Source of the DNA: an uncultured virus (IMG/VR IMGVR_UViG_3300020413_000007)
Lineage: Duplodnaviria; Heunggongvirae; Uroviricota; Caudoviricetes
Direction: 5' to 3' (one strand)
DNA: 20,000 nucleotides
IMG/VR virus record: IMGVR_UViG_3300020413_000007
The notes below the pieces were generated by a model. It did no database searches and had not been told where the DNA came from. It was given only the letters and a program-made list of their open reading frames with translations. Shown here piece by piece: positions 1 to 10,500 of this stretch. Position numbers and translations under genes: made by a program. Position 1 is the first letter of the stretch; each line of letters opens with the position of its first letter.

Positions 1-2925
1 AAATTCCGTACATATGGTCTCGGAGATTCTGCTTCTGCAAATACTATATTGGTTCCTACAAAAGGAAATAGTGTTAAAACTATTACTGGTTCTGGTACAG
101 ACACAGTTACAAATGCTGCATATGTTCCGTCTACAGGAGTTCTAACATTAACCATTCCTCATCATGGATTATCAACAGGTGATAATATTAAACTTGCAGA
201 TGAATCATTAACATTTAGATGTTCGATGGATAATTATGCTACCGAACATAAGTATCCTAGAAATACTACAATTACACATACAGCTTCTAATGCATCTTAT
301 ATACCTTCTACAGGTACATTGACTATTACAACATCAAAACCTCACAATTTACAAACAGGTGACAGAATTAAAATTGGTGATAATTCATTAACATTTAAGT
401 GTGCTTTAGATAGTTATCAAACTACACATACATATCCAAGATCAACTGATCCATTTAGTGATAAATGGTTGCCTGTAAGTAATATTACAAACACAACATT
501 TACAGTAAATGTTGGTTCATCTACATTAACCACATACACACCAACTGCTGTCGATTATGAACCTAGTACAGGTGACATGACACTGAATATTGGTTCACAT
601 AATATTTCAATTGGTGATCCTATTAGAATTGCTGATGGATCTCTAACATTTACTTGTACATTAGATGGAAATATTGCTGAAAAATCTTATCCAAGAAGTA
701 ATGCTACATATCATTCAATAACAAATGCAGTTTATGATCCTACATCAGGTATTATGACTGTTACTCTTAACAATCATGGATTTATAAAAGGTGAATATGT
801 TAAGTTCTTAGTTAATTCATTACAATTTACATGTACAACTGATGGAAATACAATTCCAAAAACTTATCCTAGACCTACAGATCCAGCATATGATACATGG
901 TTAAAAATTGATAATATAACCACAAATACATTTACAGTCCAAGTTCTTGATACTGTACCTTCAACAAATACAGCAGCACATACTTTTGTTGGTGCAAGTG
1001 TAAATGGTTTGGCGAAGAAAGTTGATCAAGCATATCAAACTGCTCTTTCAGTAATTAAAAGAACTACTGATACTATTACTGTAAATGTTCTTGCTAAAAT
1101 TCCATCCACAAATCTTAGTGTTCATACATTTGTTAAAGCTGCAACTGGTGCTATAAGTTCTGGTGGTGGTTATTTACATAGATTTGTTTCTGCTGCTGCA
1201 GATAGTATAAGTGAAAAGAGAGATTTTGCATCAGAACAATTCCTACAATCAACTGTAGTTGACGAAGATACACTTACAGTTAATGTTGGTATAGTTCTTC
1301 CAAACACTCAGTATACACCAACAACAGGAACATCATATGATCCTGCTAGTGGATTATTAGTTTTAAATCTTGGTGCTGACTATAATGAATTGAAAGTTGG
1401 TAAGAGTGTTATTATTACCGACAATGCACTTAAATTTAAGTGTGCTATGGATAATAATGATTCTATTAAGTCTTATCCGAGACCAGGCTTAGATAAAGCA
1501 TCTGAAAGATCTCTTAAAATTACTGCAAAATCTGGTAATACTATAACCGTAGATGTTGGTGTTGCTGGTACAAACAAAACATTTACACCTAGCATGGCAC
1601 ATTATAATCAGATAACTGGTGATATGGTCATATTTATTGGACAACATGGATTGCGTAAAGATGCAAATGTAGTTTTAGTTAATAATTCACTTACATTCCA
1701 GTGTGCTAAAGATAATTATGTAAGCTTACATACTTATCCTCGTGCTGGTACAGATCCATATGCAAATGAAAAATCAATTGCAATTACAAACGTTGGATCT
1801 ACTGAACATACAGTAACTTCAGCATCATATGTTTCTTCAACTGGTATTGTAACAATTAGTGTTTTAGATCCTAGTAACAAATTTGCAAATGATGATTACA
1901 TCTTAGTTAACGATAATGCTCTTGTATTTACATGTAATTTAGATGGAAATGCAACACAACATCCATATCCTCGTGCTGGATATGATTTACCAAGTAATAA
2001 ATGGTTAAAGATTTCCAGTAAAACACATAACAGTGGTACAAGTACATTTAATATTAATGTTGGATCATCAACATATACTGGTACTCATACATTTGTAGGT
2101 GCTGCTGTTGATGCTTTACAGAGACAAAATGGTGAAATTACAATTAACGTTGGATTTGATTCTGACGCTGGTGATCAATATGAACATAGATTTGTTTCTG
2201 CAACTACAGGTGCAGTGAAGTATACACCAAATTCAACACATACATTCCAATCTGCTGATGCAAATTCAGTTAAGATGCTTGGTGATGCTACACATAAATT
2301 TGTAAGATCAACTACAAATGGTGTTTCAGTTGAAGCAAAAACCTTTGTATCAGTTGGTGATACAGTCATTGATTATGTTGGTCATAATCTCAGTAATACA
2401 ACATTAGTTCCAACTTATGAATCATATGTTGTAAGAGATGAACAGTTAAATTCTAGTGACGTTACATTTGGTACTAAATTATCATCTGGTATTAATACAT
2501 CAGTCGAAACTATTCCAGTTACAGGTACAGGAATGGCTTCCGAAAGTAATATTGGTATCACTATAACATCTGGAAGTGGATCTAGTGCAGTTCTGCAACC
2601 ATTTGTTGTTGATGGAAAAATCACTAAAGTAGTTGTAGAAACTGCTGGAAGTGGATATGATTCTAATGATATTGTATTGACTGTAACTAACGGAGGTGGG
2701 TCTGGTGCTGTACTGGAACCAGTTCTGAATGGATCGGGTGCATTTACTAGTGTGACTGTTACAAATGAGGGTATTGGGTACGATTCTTATAAGGCTTTCA
2801 TAAATAAGGAAGTTATAGAGTATACGAATCATACTACAACAAACCTAAAAGGTGTGACCAGAGGAATAGCGGGTAGTACTGCCGCAACTGGTGCTCAAAA
2901 TGATAAGGTCTATTTTGACTCGTAA
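1..2925 (+). CDS. Large baseplate wedge protein (gp7-like), 3' part; 5'-truncated by the window
   Basis: Frame 1 is open from base 1 (KFRTYGLGDSASANTILVPTK...), so the TTG at 49 is not the real start. Lies directly upstream of gp8, the gp7 position in T4-like cyanophages. Thr/Ser/Gly-rich beta-type sequence with seven YPR-containing repeats and a C-terminal E-x-I-x-Y...L-x-G-x-T-R-G-x-x-G-S-T-A module. Confidence 0.65.
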   Translation, partial: KFRTYGLGDSASANTILVPTKGNSVKTITGSGTDTVTNAAYVPSTGVLTLTIPHHGLSTGDNIKLADESLTFRCSMDNYATEHKYPRNTTITHTASNASYIPSTGTLTITTSKPHNLQTGDRIKIGDNSLTFKCALDSYQTTHTYPRSTDPFSDKWLPVSNITNTTFTVNVGSSTLTTYTPTAVDYEPSTGDMTLNIGSHNISIGDPIRIADGSLTFTCTLDGNIAEKSYPRSNATYHSITNAVYDPTSGIMTVTLNNHGFIKGEYVKFLVNSLQFTCTTDGNTIPKTYPRPTDPAYDTWLKIDNITTNTFTVQVLDTVPSTNTAAHTFVGASVNGLAKKVDQAYQTALSVIKRTTDTITVNVLAKIPSTNLSVHTFVKAATGAISSGGGYLHRFVSAAADSISEKRDFASEQFLQSTVVDEDTLTVNVGIVLPNTQYTPTTGTSYDPASGLLVLNLGADYNELKVGKSVIITDNALKFKCAMDNNDSIKSYPRPGLDKASERSLKITAKSGNTITVDVGVAGTNKTFTPSMAHYNQITGDMVIFIGQHGLRKDANVVLVNNSLTFQCAKDNYVSLHTYPRAGTDPYANEKSIAITNVGSTEHTVTSASYVSSTGIVTISVLDPSNKFANDDYILVNDNALVFTCNLDGNATQHPYPRAGYDLPSNKWLKISSKTHNSGTSTFNINVGSSTYTGTHTFVGAAVDALQRQNGEITINVGFDSDAGDQYEHRFVSATTGAVKYTPNSTHTFQSADANSVKMLGDATHKFVRSTTNGVSVEAKTFVSVGDTVIDYVGHNLSNTTLVPTYESYVVRDEQLNSSDVTFGTKLSSGINTSVETIPVTGTGMASESNIGITITSGSGSSAVLQPFVVDGKITKVVVETAGSGYDSNDIVLTVTNGGGSGAVLEPVLNGSGAFTSVTVTNEGIGYDSYKAFINKEVIEYTNHTTTNLKGVTRGIAGSTAATGAQNDKVYFDS
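106..2325 (+). repeat. Seven copies of a ~100-aa protein repeat (Y.P.TG.LT....H.L..GD.I.I.DNSLTF.C..D.....YPR..DP....L.I...T..T.TVNVG...H.FV.A), nested
   Basis: YPR motifs start at nt 253, 433, 688, 865, 1474, 1735, 1966. Closing H-x-F-[VQ] motifs start at nt 979, 1123, 1177, 2086, 2185, 2239, 2293. Confidence 0.9.
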
Positions 2926-2931
2926 ATACAG

Positions 2932-2939
2932 TATAAATA
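2932..2939 (+). promoter_or_regulatory. T4-type late promoter TATAAATA
   Basis: Exact gp55-sigma late consensus in the gp7-gp8 intergenic gap, about 30 nt upstream of the gp8 ATG. Confidence 0.85.
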
Positions 2940-2971
2940 AAGATAAAGTTAAAAAACATCGGAACAGATAA

Positions 2972-4540
2972 ATGCCATCACTAGTTTCTGACAATTTCAG
3001 AGTATTTGCTGCAGAGCAGTTTATGGAGGCTCTTGAGGAACCTCTAGATTCTTCTGGCAACCCTCTTTCCGACTCTTCCACGGAGGCGTTGAGAGACAGA
3101 AGTAAAGTTTATATTTTTATTGGTCGTTCACAAACTTGGAATGCTGAGAGATACTCAGGTCTAGGTTTTAACGACATTGATACTATACCTTCACCAACGG
3201 ATTCATTTGATGAGTTGAGTGAAATTTATGACGATATGATCGCTATGAAGAGAATTACTCGTAGTGATGTCAATCAAGTTGTAAGAAAAAGAACTTGGAA
3301 GACAAATACTCGTTATGATATGTACAAACATAATTATTCTACTGGTTATCAGTCAGCGACTGGAGCTAATAAATTATATGATTCACAATTCTATGTGATG
3401 AATAGTAATTACGATGTTTATAAGTGTATCTATAATGGTGAAACTCCTGCTAATCCAAATGGAGTAATTTCTACTGTAGAACCAACAGGAACAGCAACTT
3501 CTATTTTTACTACATCTGATACTTACAGATGGAAGTATATGTATACATTAGGTATTAACGATTTTGTTAAGTTTGTTTCTAGTGATTTTATGCCACTTAA
3601 AACTGATTCTAACGTTGTTAGTGCTGCTACATCAGGAGCAATTGATCAACCTTTAGTAAGAAACGTTGGAAGTGGTTTAACTCCAGGCACATATTTCTGT
3701 CCAGTTATAGGTGATTATAGTACACTTGCAGTAGTTACATTTACAGTATCAAGCACTGCTCCGATTGCAAACCAAATTGATCCAAGCACAGTATCAATGT
3801 CTGTTGTTGGTGCTGGATATACTTATGGTACTATTAACCTTGCAGAATGTTATTCAACTTTAGCTGCTGCACAAGCAAGATCTGCTTCACCAACTGATCT
3901 TTCTACTGGTAGTGCTTCTATTGATGCTATAATCTCACCTCCAGATGGACATGGTTCTAATGTTGTGAGAGAACTTGGTGGTTACAGAGTAATGGTTAAT
4001 AAAGCTGTTGAGTTCTTGGATGGTGCTGGTGACGTACCAACTGATATGCAATTTAGAAGATTTGGTCTTGTTTCTGATCCACAAACTCCAGGCAACACTG
4101 ATTTAACATCAAGTACTGCTGCGGTATGTAAAGCAATTAAATTTCCTGCTGCATCATCTGTCAACTACACTATTGGTGAAGTAATTACTCAAGCAACTAC
4201 TGGTGCAAAAGGTAAGGTAATTCATTGGGATTCTGTTAACAAAGTTCTTAGATATTTCCAAAATGAATATACTGCTGCAACTCAATTAACTACTAATCAA
4301 TACAAGTTAGTAGAGTTTAGTGGTGCAAATGCGATTACTGGAGGATTATCTAGTACTGCATTAACTCCTGATACAGCTGCTAGTGGTACTACAACTGTTG
4401 CTGGTAGATCATTTACTACTGGTTACTCTAGTTCAGAGGTTAAAAAATTTAGTGGTTCTATTCTGTACATAGAGAACAGAAAAACAATCATTAGATCTGA
4501 TGACCAAATTGAAGACATTAAACTCGTTATTGAGTTCTGA
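2972..4540 (+). CDS. gp8: Baseplate wedge subunit gp8
   Basis: Characteristic gp8 motifs: N-terminal FRVFAAEQF, YIFIGRSQTW, YDDMIAMKRI, YDMYKHNYS, FYVMNSNYDVYKCIYN, EPTG..YRWKYMYT, SPPDGHG, FRRFGLVSDP, C-terminal SGSILYIENRKTIIRSDDQIEDIKLVIEF. Confidence 0.95.
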   Translation: MPSLVSDNFRVFAAEQFMEALEEPLDSSGNPLSDSSTEALRDRSKVYIFIGRSQTWNAERYSGLGFNDIDTIPSPTDSFDELSEIYDDMIAMKRITRSDVNQVVRKRTWKTNTRYDMYKHNYSTGYQSATGANKLYDSQFYVMNSNYDVYKCIYNGETPANPNGVISTVEPTGTATSIFTTSDTYRWKYMYTLGINDFVKFVSSDFMPLKTDSNVVSAATSGAIDQPLVRNVGSGLTPGTYFCPVIGDYSTLAVVTFTVSSTAPIANQIDPSTVSMSVVGAGYTYGTINLAECYSTLAAAQARSASPTDLSTGSASIDAIISPPDGHGSNVVRELGGYRVMVNKAVEFLDGAGDVPTDMQFRRFGLVSDPQTPGNTDLTSSTAAVCKAIKFPAASSVNYTIGEVITQATTGAKGKVIHWDSVNKVLRYFQNEYTAATQLTTNQYKLVEFSGANAITGGLSSTALTPDTAASGTTTVAGRSFTTGYSSSEVKKFSGSILYIENRKTIIRSDDQIEDIKLVIEF

Positions 4541-4547
4541 TTATACT

Positions 4548-4555
4548 AATAAATA
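4548..4555 (+). promoter_or_regulatory. Late promoter (AATAAATA)
   Basis: NATAAATA in the 36-nt gap, 21 nt upstream of the ATG at 4577. Confidence 0.75.
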
Positions 4556-4576
4556 CTTAAAAGAAGTCCTTCGACA

Positions 4577-7500
4577 ATGCAAAAGACCAATCTACAACTG
4601 GCGCCATACTTTGATGATTTTGATAGTTCCAAAAACTATCAAAAGATTCTATTTAAACCTGGCTATCCAGTGCAGGCGAGAGAACTTACTCAACTGCAAA
4701 CACAGTTACAGAACCAAATAGAGAAATTTGGAAATCATACATTTAAAGATGGTTCTGTAGTAATACCAGGCCAGATTGGTTACGATCTGCAATATGATGC
4801 TGTTTTAGTTCAGAATTTAATTGGTGGTGTAGAAGTAGAAGCAACAAGAACAAGTTTAGTAGGTAAAACTTTAAAAGGATCAACTACTGGTGTAGAGGCA
4901 GAAGTTGTAAATACAATATCAGTTACAACAAGTGAAAAAAATGCGATTACATTATATGTAAAATATACAAAGAGTGGTTCTAGTACAGCTGGTATCCAAT
5001 CAACTAAATTTGGTAATAATGAGACTTTAATTGATACATCAACTAATCTTAATGTTGCTCAAACATATCTTTTAAATGCTACTGAATATACTGGAAGTAT
5101 AGCATACATTACAAATGGCATCTACTATATTCGTGGATTTTTTGTAGAAGTTATAGATCAAAATATTATACTTAATCAATATAGTAACAAACCAACATAT
5201 AAGATTGGTCTAACAGTTACAGAAGAAAAAATAACAAGTGATGAAGATAGTACATTATTCGATAATGCAAATGGATATTCTAATTTTGCTGCTCCAGGCG
5301 CTGATAGATTAAAAATTACTGCATCATTATCAAAAGAGTTGACTAGTTTTTCTGATAATGGTAATTTTATAGAATTATTAAGATTAAAAGATGGTATTTT
5401 AGAAAGAATTGTTGAGACTAGTTTATACAGTGAATTAGAAAAAAATCTTGCTAGAAGAACATATGATGAATCTGGTGATTATACAGTCAGAGATTTTACT
5501 GTTAAGGTAAAAGAAGCTCTTGATAATGGAGATAATGGTGGTATCTATAATCCTAATGAAGTTCTTGCAGATGGTAGAAGTATTTTAGCAAGAGATCCAT
5601 TAGAAACAGATCCAACAAATTCTTTTAATGGTAATAATTATTATGCTTTAGAAGTATCTTCTGGAAAAGCATATGTAAGAGGTTTTGAGATTGATAATGT
5701 TGCTAAAAAATATGTATTAGCTGAAAAAACAAGAGTAACATCTGCTTCAAATAATAAAACTACAAATACAAGTTTTGGATCATATTTTACAATATCTTCT
5801 GCCGTACAAACTGTTACTGCTGGTCAGACTCTTTCTTTAAGAAATAGTAGTAATGCTGTTATTGGTAATGCTCGTGCTGTAGGTGTAGTTCCTGCTAGTA
5901 CTGGTCATTTATTATATGTTGAGGAAGCATTTACATTTACAGATGTTGTAGTTACAGGTGATGCTACTGCATTACAATCTGGTGATTTTATATTTTCTTC
6001 TAGAGGATCTAGAGGTGTAGTTGTATCTACAACTCTTTCTAGTGGTAATACAACACTTAGATTACGTCAAGTTGTTGGTAGATTTGTAAATAATGATGTT
6101 ATAAACAATAGTAGAGATTCAATTACGTTTACAATTTCTAGTCTTACTGATTTTAAATTTACAGATGTTAATAATATAATCAATGGTCTTGGATATGTTG
6201 CAACTGTAACTTCAAATACTGGTCTTAAAACAAAAGGTAAAAATAGTTTTATTAAAATATCAGATTTACCAGTAGCAACAATTAGTGATTATTCATACAC
6301 AAAATTAGCAAGAGTAACTCTTACTGTTCAAAGTGGAGCAGTATCAATTACTGCACCAAATAATTTTACTCCTTTAACAACTGGATACTATATCACTTCA
6401 GCTACTGGAGATCATACAGCAACTGCAACTCTTACTGGAAATACTTTAGTATTATCGTCTATTAGTGGAAATCCTACTAATGGAACTAGTGTAACAATTT
6501 GGTATAAATTAAGAGTTAATAATGTTTCTGTTAGAACTAAGAAAAATAAAACATTCCAATACTTATCAGTCACAAAGAAAAAATCATCAACTGATGTAGT
6601 CTATGGTAATAGGTATGATGATAAAGAAATTAATTTAAGATTTCCAGACGTTTATAAAATACATGCTATTCATGAGGCAGCTGTAAATGGTGTAACTGAT
6701 ACAAATATGTTTGATCGTTTAATTATAAATGATTCAAGTGAGGTTGAAACTGGTGATATTATTCAAAGTGGTTCTTTAAGAGCAAAAATTATATTTAAGA
6801 ATGGTGTAAATCTTCATGTAAAATATTTACAGAATCAAAAATTTACACAAGGAACAAATTTAACTACACAAATTACTATTGTCAATAATCCTACTTTAGT
6901 CGGAAGATTTTTAACTGAAGTTACACATGGTAACTATATCGATATTACAGATAATTATGCTTTAGTTAAAAATGATGTAGAAGATAATTATAGAATTTCT
7001 AAATTATCTAGATTAGGTAATAGATCAACACCATCACAAAAAATTACTATTGTATTTGATTATTTTGAACATGGAAATACTACAAATGATTTTTATGCTA
7101 CAAGTTCATTTAATACTGATGATGATGGAGATATAGAATATACAAATATTCCATATGCATATGATGGAACTCCTTATACTGATATCTTAGATTTCAGAGG
7201 AACCTATACACCAACAACTGCTTCTGGTAGTGGTACTGTAACTGCCCCATATGTTACTAGTAATGGAAAATCAGCATTTGATATTTACGAACAAACCAAG
7301 AGTGCTGCTATAACAGCATATCCAGATGAGTTTGCTACATATGATTTAAGTTACTATACTGCAAGAATTGATAGATTATATCTTAATAAAGAAGGTAAGT
7401 TTGTAATATCACAAGGATCACCAGCAATCAATCCAGTAATACCTGAGTCTGTTTCAGATTCTTTATTAATCAATACTATTTCTATACCAGCATATCTTAG

Positions 7501-10500
7501 AGATGTAAATCAAATTTCTATACAGAAAGAAGATACTAGAAGATATACTATGAAAGATATTGGTGCTATTGAATCTAGAGTGGATAGTATTGAATACTAT
7601 ACAACTTTAAGTTTACTTGAAACTGATACTAACAATATGATGATTCTTGATAGTAGTGGAAATAATAGATTTAAAAATGGATTCTTAGTTGATAACTTTA
7701 AATCTCTTAATTTTACAGAATCTAAAAATCCAGATTTCAATATGTCCATTGATACCACACAAGGTTTGATGAGACCATATCCATATGTTAATAACATAGG
7801 TTTCAAGTGGCTTGAAACTATGGATGGTACTGCAACAAAAGTAGGTGGGTTACAAAAGACTGGTGATTTCTTATCTTTACCATATAAAGAAGAACAATTT
7901 GCTTCTAATCCATATGCAAGTAAGGTAGTTAATTTAAATCCATTTAATGTGTTTACATGGGTAGGAGATTTTAAAATATCACCAGAAAGAGATGTATGGT
8001 TTGATACAAAAAGATCTGCTCCTGAGAATGTACCTCAAGTAGATCTTACAGGACCTATTAAATTCCTTTATGATAGGAGTGGTGCTGATGGTGAGAAATG
8101 GGGTAGTTGGAATAATACTGGTAGTGAAAGAGTAAGTGGTGGTACTGAATTTACTGATAAAAGAACTGGTGTAGAAAACAGTTTTAGTACTGTCACACAG
8201 AATATTGAAGTTGGTGATAGAATTGATGGTATTAAAAATATTGAGTTTGCTAGATCAATTGTAATTGATGCAAAGTCATCAAGAATGAAACCAAATACAA
8301 ATTTATATTTCTTTATTGATGGTGAAGATTATAATGATAGTGTATATCCTAAAATCTTTAGAAATATTACTAGAACTGTAAATAGTACTTCTTTTGTAGT
8401 TGGTGAGAAAGTTAGAATTGAATCACAATCTGATCCAGGCACTAATCAAATTATTGCAGAAGTAGTTGTTGCATCTAAATATGATTCTACTATAACTGCT
8501 AATTATAGTGGTGCATCTACTGTAATCGCAATTGATAATGTAACCACTGTAGATGGTACATTATTAAATCCATCAAGTCCTACAGACAAAGTTAAAATAA
8601 CAGGACTTACAACTGGTGCTGTTGCAGAAGTGGACTTAACTTCTCCTAGAATTTCTACTAACGATGAAGGAACTGTAGACTTCTTTATTTTAGTTCCTCC
8701 AGAAAAATTAGAAACTGGTAAGTCAAGATTAGTAATAACAGATGAAAGCACATCTACAACTGTAGAAGGTGTATCTGATACTAATGCAGTTGCTAATTAT
8801 GATTCAGAAGGAACTTTATTTGAACTAACAAGTTTAAGTATAGATATGCAGATTCCTCAAATTACTGTAACACCTATTGAGGAAACAAGACAAAGATTTA
8901 TACCTGATCCTCCTCCACCTCCACCTAGAAACTGTGACCCATTAGCACAATCATTCTTTGTTGATGCTATTGAAGGTGGAATGTTTATTACATCTATAGA
9001 TTTATATTTCCAATCTAAGGATACAAAAGTTCCTGTAACAATTGATATTCGTACTGTAGAAAATGGATCACCAACACAGACAATTCTTCCATTTAGTGTA
9101 AAAACAATTGAAGCTGCTAATGTATCTGTAAATGCAACTAAAGCAAATACAGTAACTAAGTTTACATTTGATGCTCCAGTATATGTAGCAAATGGTCAAG
9201 AATACGCATTTATTTTAAGATCTAGATCTTTAAATTATAAAGTTTGGGTATCTAGATTAAATCAAGTTGATGTAGATACTAGTCAATTAATTGACAAACA
9301 ACCATATGCAGGGTCATTATACAAATCTCAAAACATGAGTGTCTGGGAACCAGATCAGTTTGAAGATATCAAGTTCAATATTAATAGAGCTAAGTTTACA
9401 ACCAATAGTAAATTAACTGCTCAATTAACAAATGGTATTGTTCCTAGAGTAGATCTTCCAACAGATCCATTGATTTTTACATCTGATTCAACTGATATTA
9501 CTATATTACATCCAAATCATTGTATGCATACAAAACAAAATTTTGTAAATATATCTGGTGTAAAATCAGATGTACCAAATACTAAACTGGTAACTCCATT
9601 AGGAAATGCACAGTTTATAGTTGATACAGCTATTACATTAGCAGATGGTACATTCACACCCACCCAGTTTAATAATACAACAGTAGGAGATAATAATTTT
9701 GGATACATCAAAATTAATGATGAAATTATTGCTTACAAATCAGTAAGTGGTTCTACAATTACAGTTCCTAGTGGTGGTAGAGGTGTTGGTGATACAGTTA
9801 TTGTTTCACATGCTACAAATTCTGTAGTTGAATACTATAGTATTAATGGTATACCTTTAACAGAAATTAATAAAGTACATTCATTAAAAGATGTAATTAG
9901 TATGGATAAATATCAAATTTCTGTTAATTCAAAAGCAAATGAAACAAAACAATCAGGTGCTAGATACATTAAGGCAAGTAGAAACTTACAGTTTGAAAGT
10001 ATTACACCTAGATTAAATGAAATTATATTTTCTGGTACAGAATTAACTACAAGATTAGGTACAACTTCTGGTTCTTCAGTAAGTGAAAAGAATACAGGAA
10101 CTTTCTCAACATTACAAGATGTAAGTCTTGCTAATTTAGAAGTGAATGAATTGGATGCATCCAGTGTTATTCTTTCACCAGAAAACCAAACAGTATACTT
10201 TGGTTCTACTGATTCATTTAAATTTTATGCTGATATGAAGAGTACAGTTGATAACTTAAGTCCGATGTTTAATCTTTCTGGATCATCTGTTATTACTGCA
10301 ATGAATCGTATCAATAGAATTGATAAAACAGATGGAACTGTAGATCTTACTTCTGAACTTAATTCAGAGGGATCATTACATGATTCTGTTTATGTAACTA
10401 AAAAAGTAACTCTAGAAAACTCTTCTACTTCTATCAAAATTTTATTTGATGCAATTAGAAGACAGGGTGTTGATATTAAAGTATTTGCTAAAGTGAAAAG

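Noticed and set aside
49..51. TTG at 49 as the start of the first CDS
   Set aside because: The frame is open from base 1 with no SD, so the gene begins upstream of the window.
106..2325. gp7 repeats as a DNA repeat array, CRISPR, or DGR template/variable repeats
   Set aside because: Similarity is at protein level with heavy synonymous divergence. There are no identical direct repeats with spacers, no adenine-specific mismatch pair and no reverse transcriptase in the window.
9905..9912. Intragenic GATAAATA (also CATAAATA at 2799) as late promoters
   Set aside because: They lie inside CDSs, not directly before a start codon, and chance matches are expected in AT-rich DNA.
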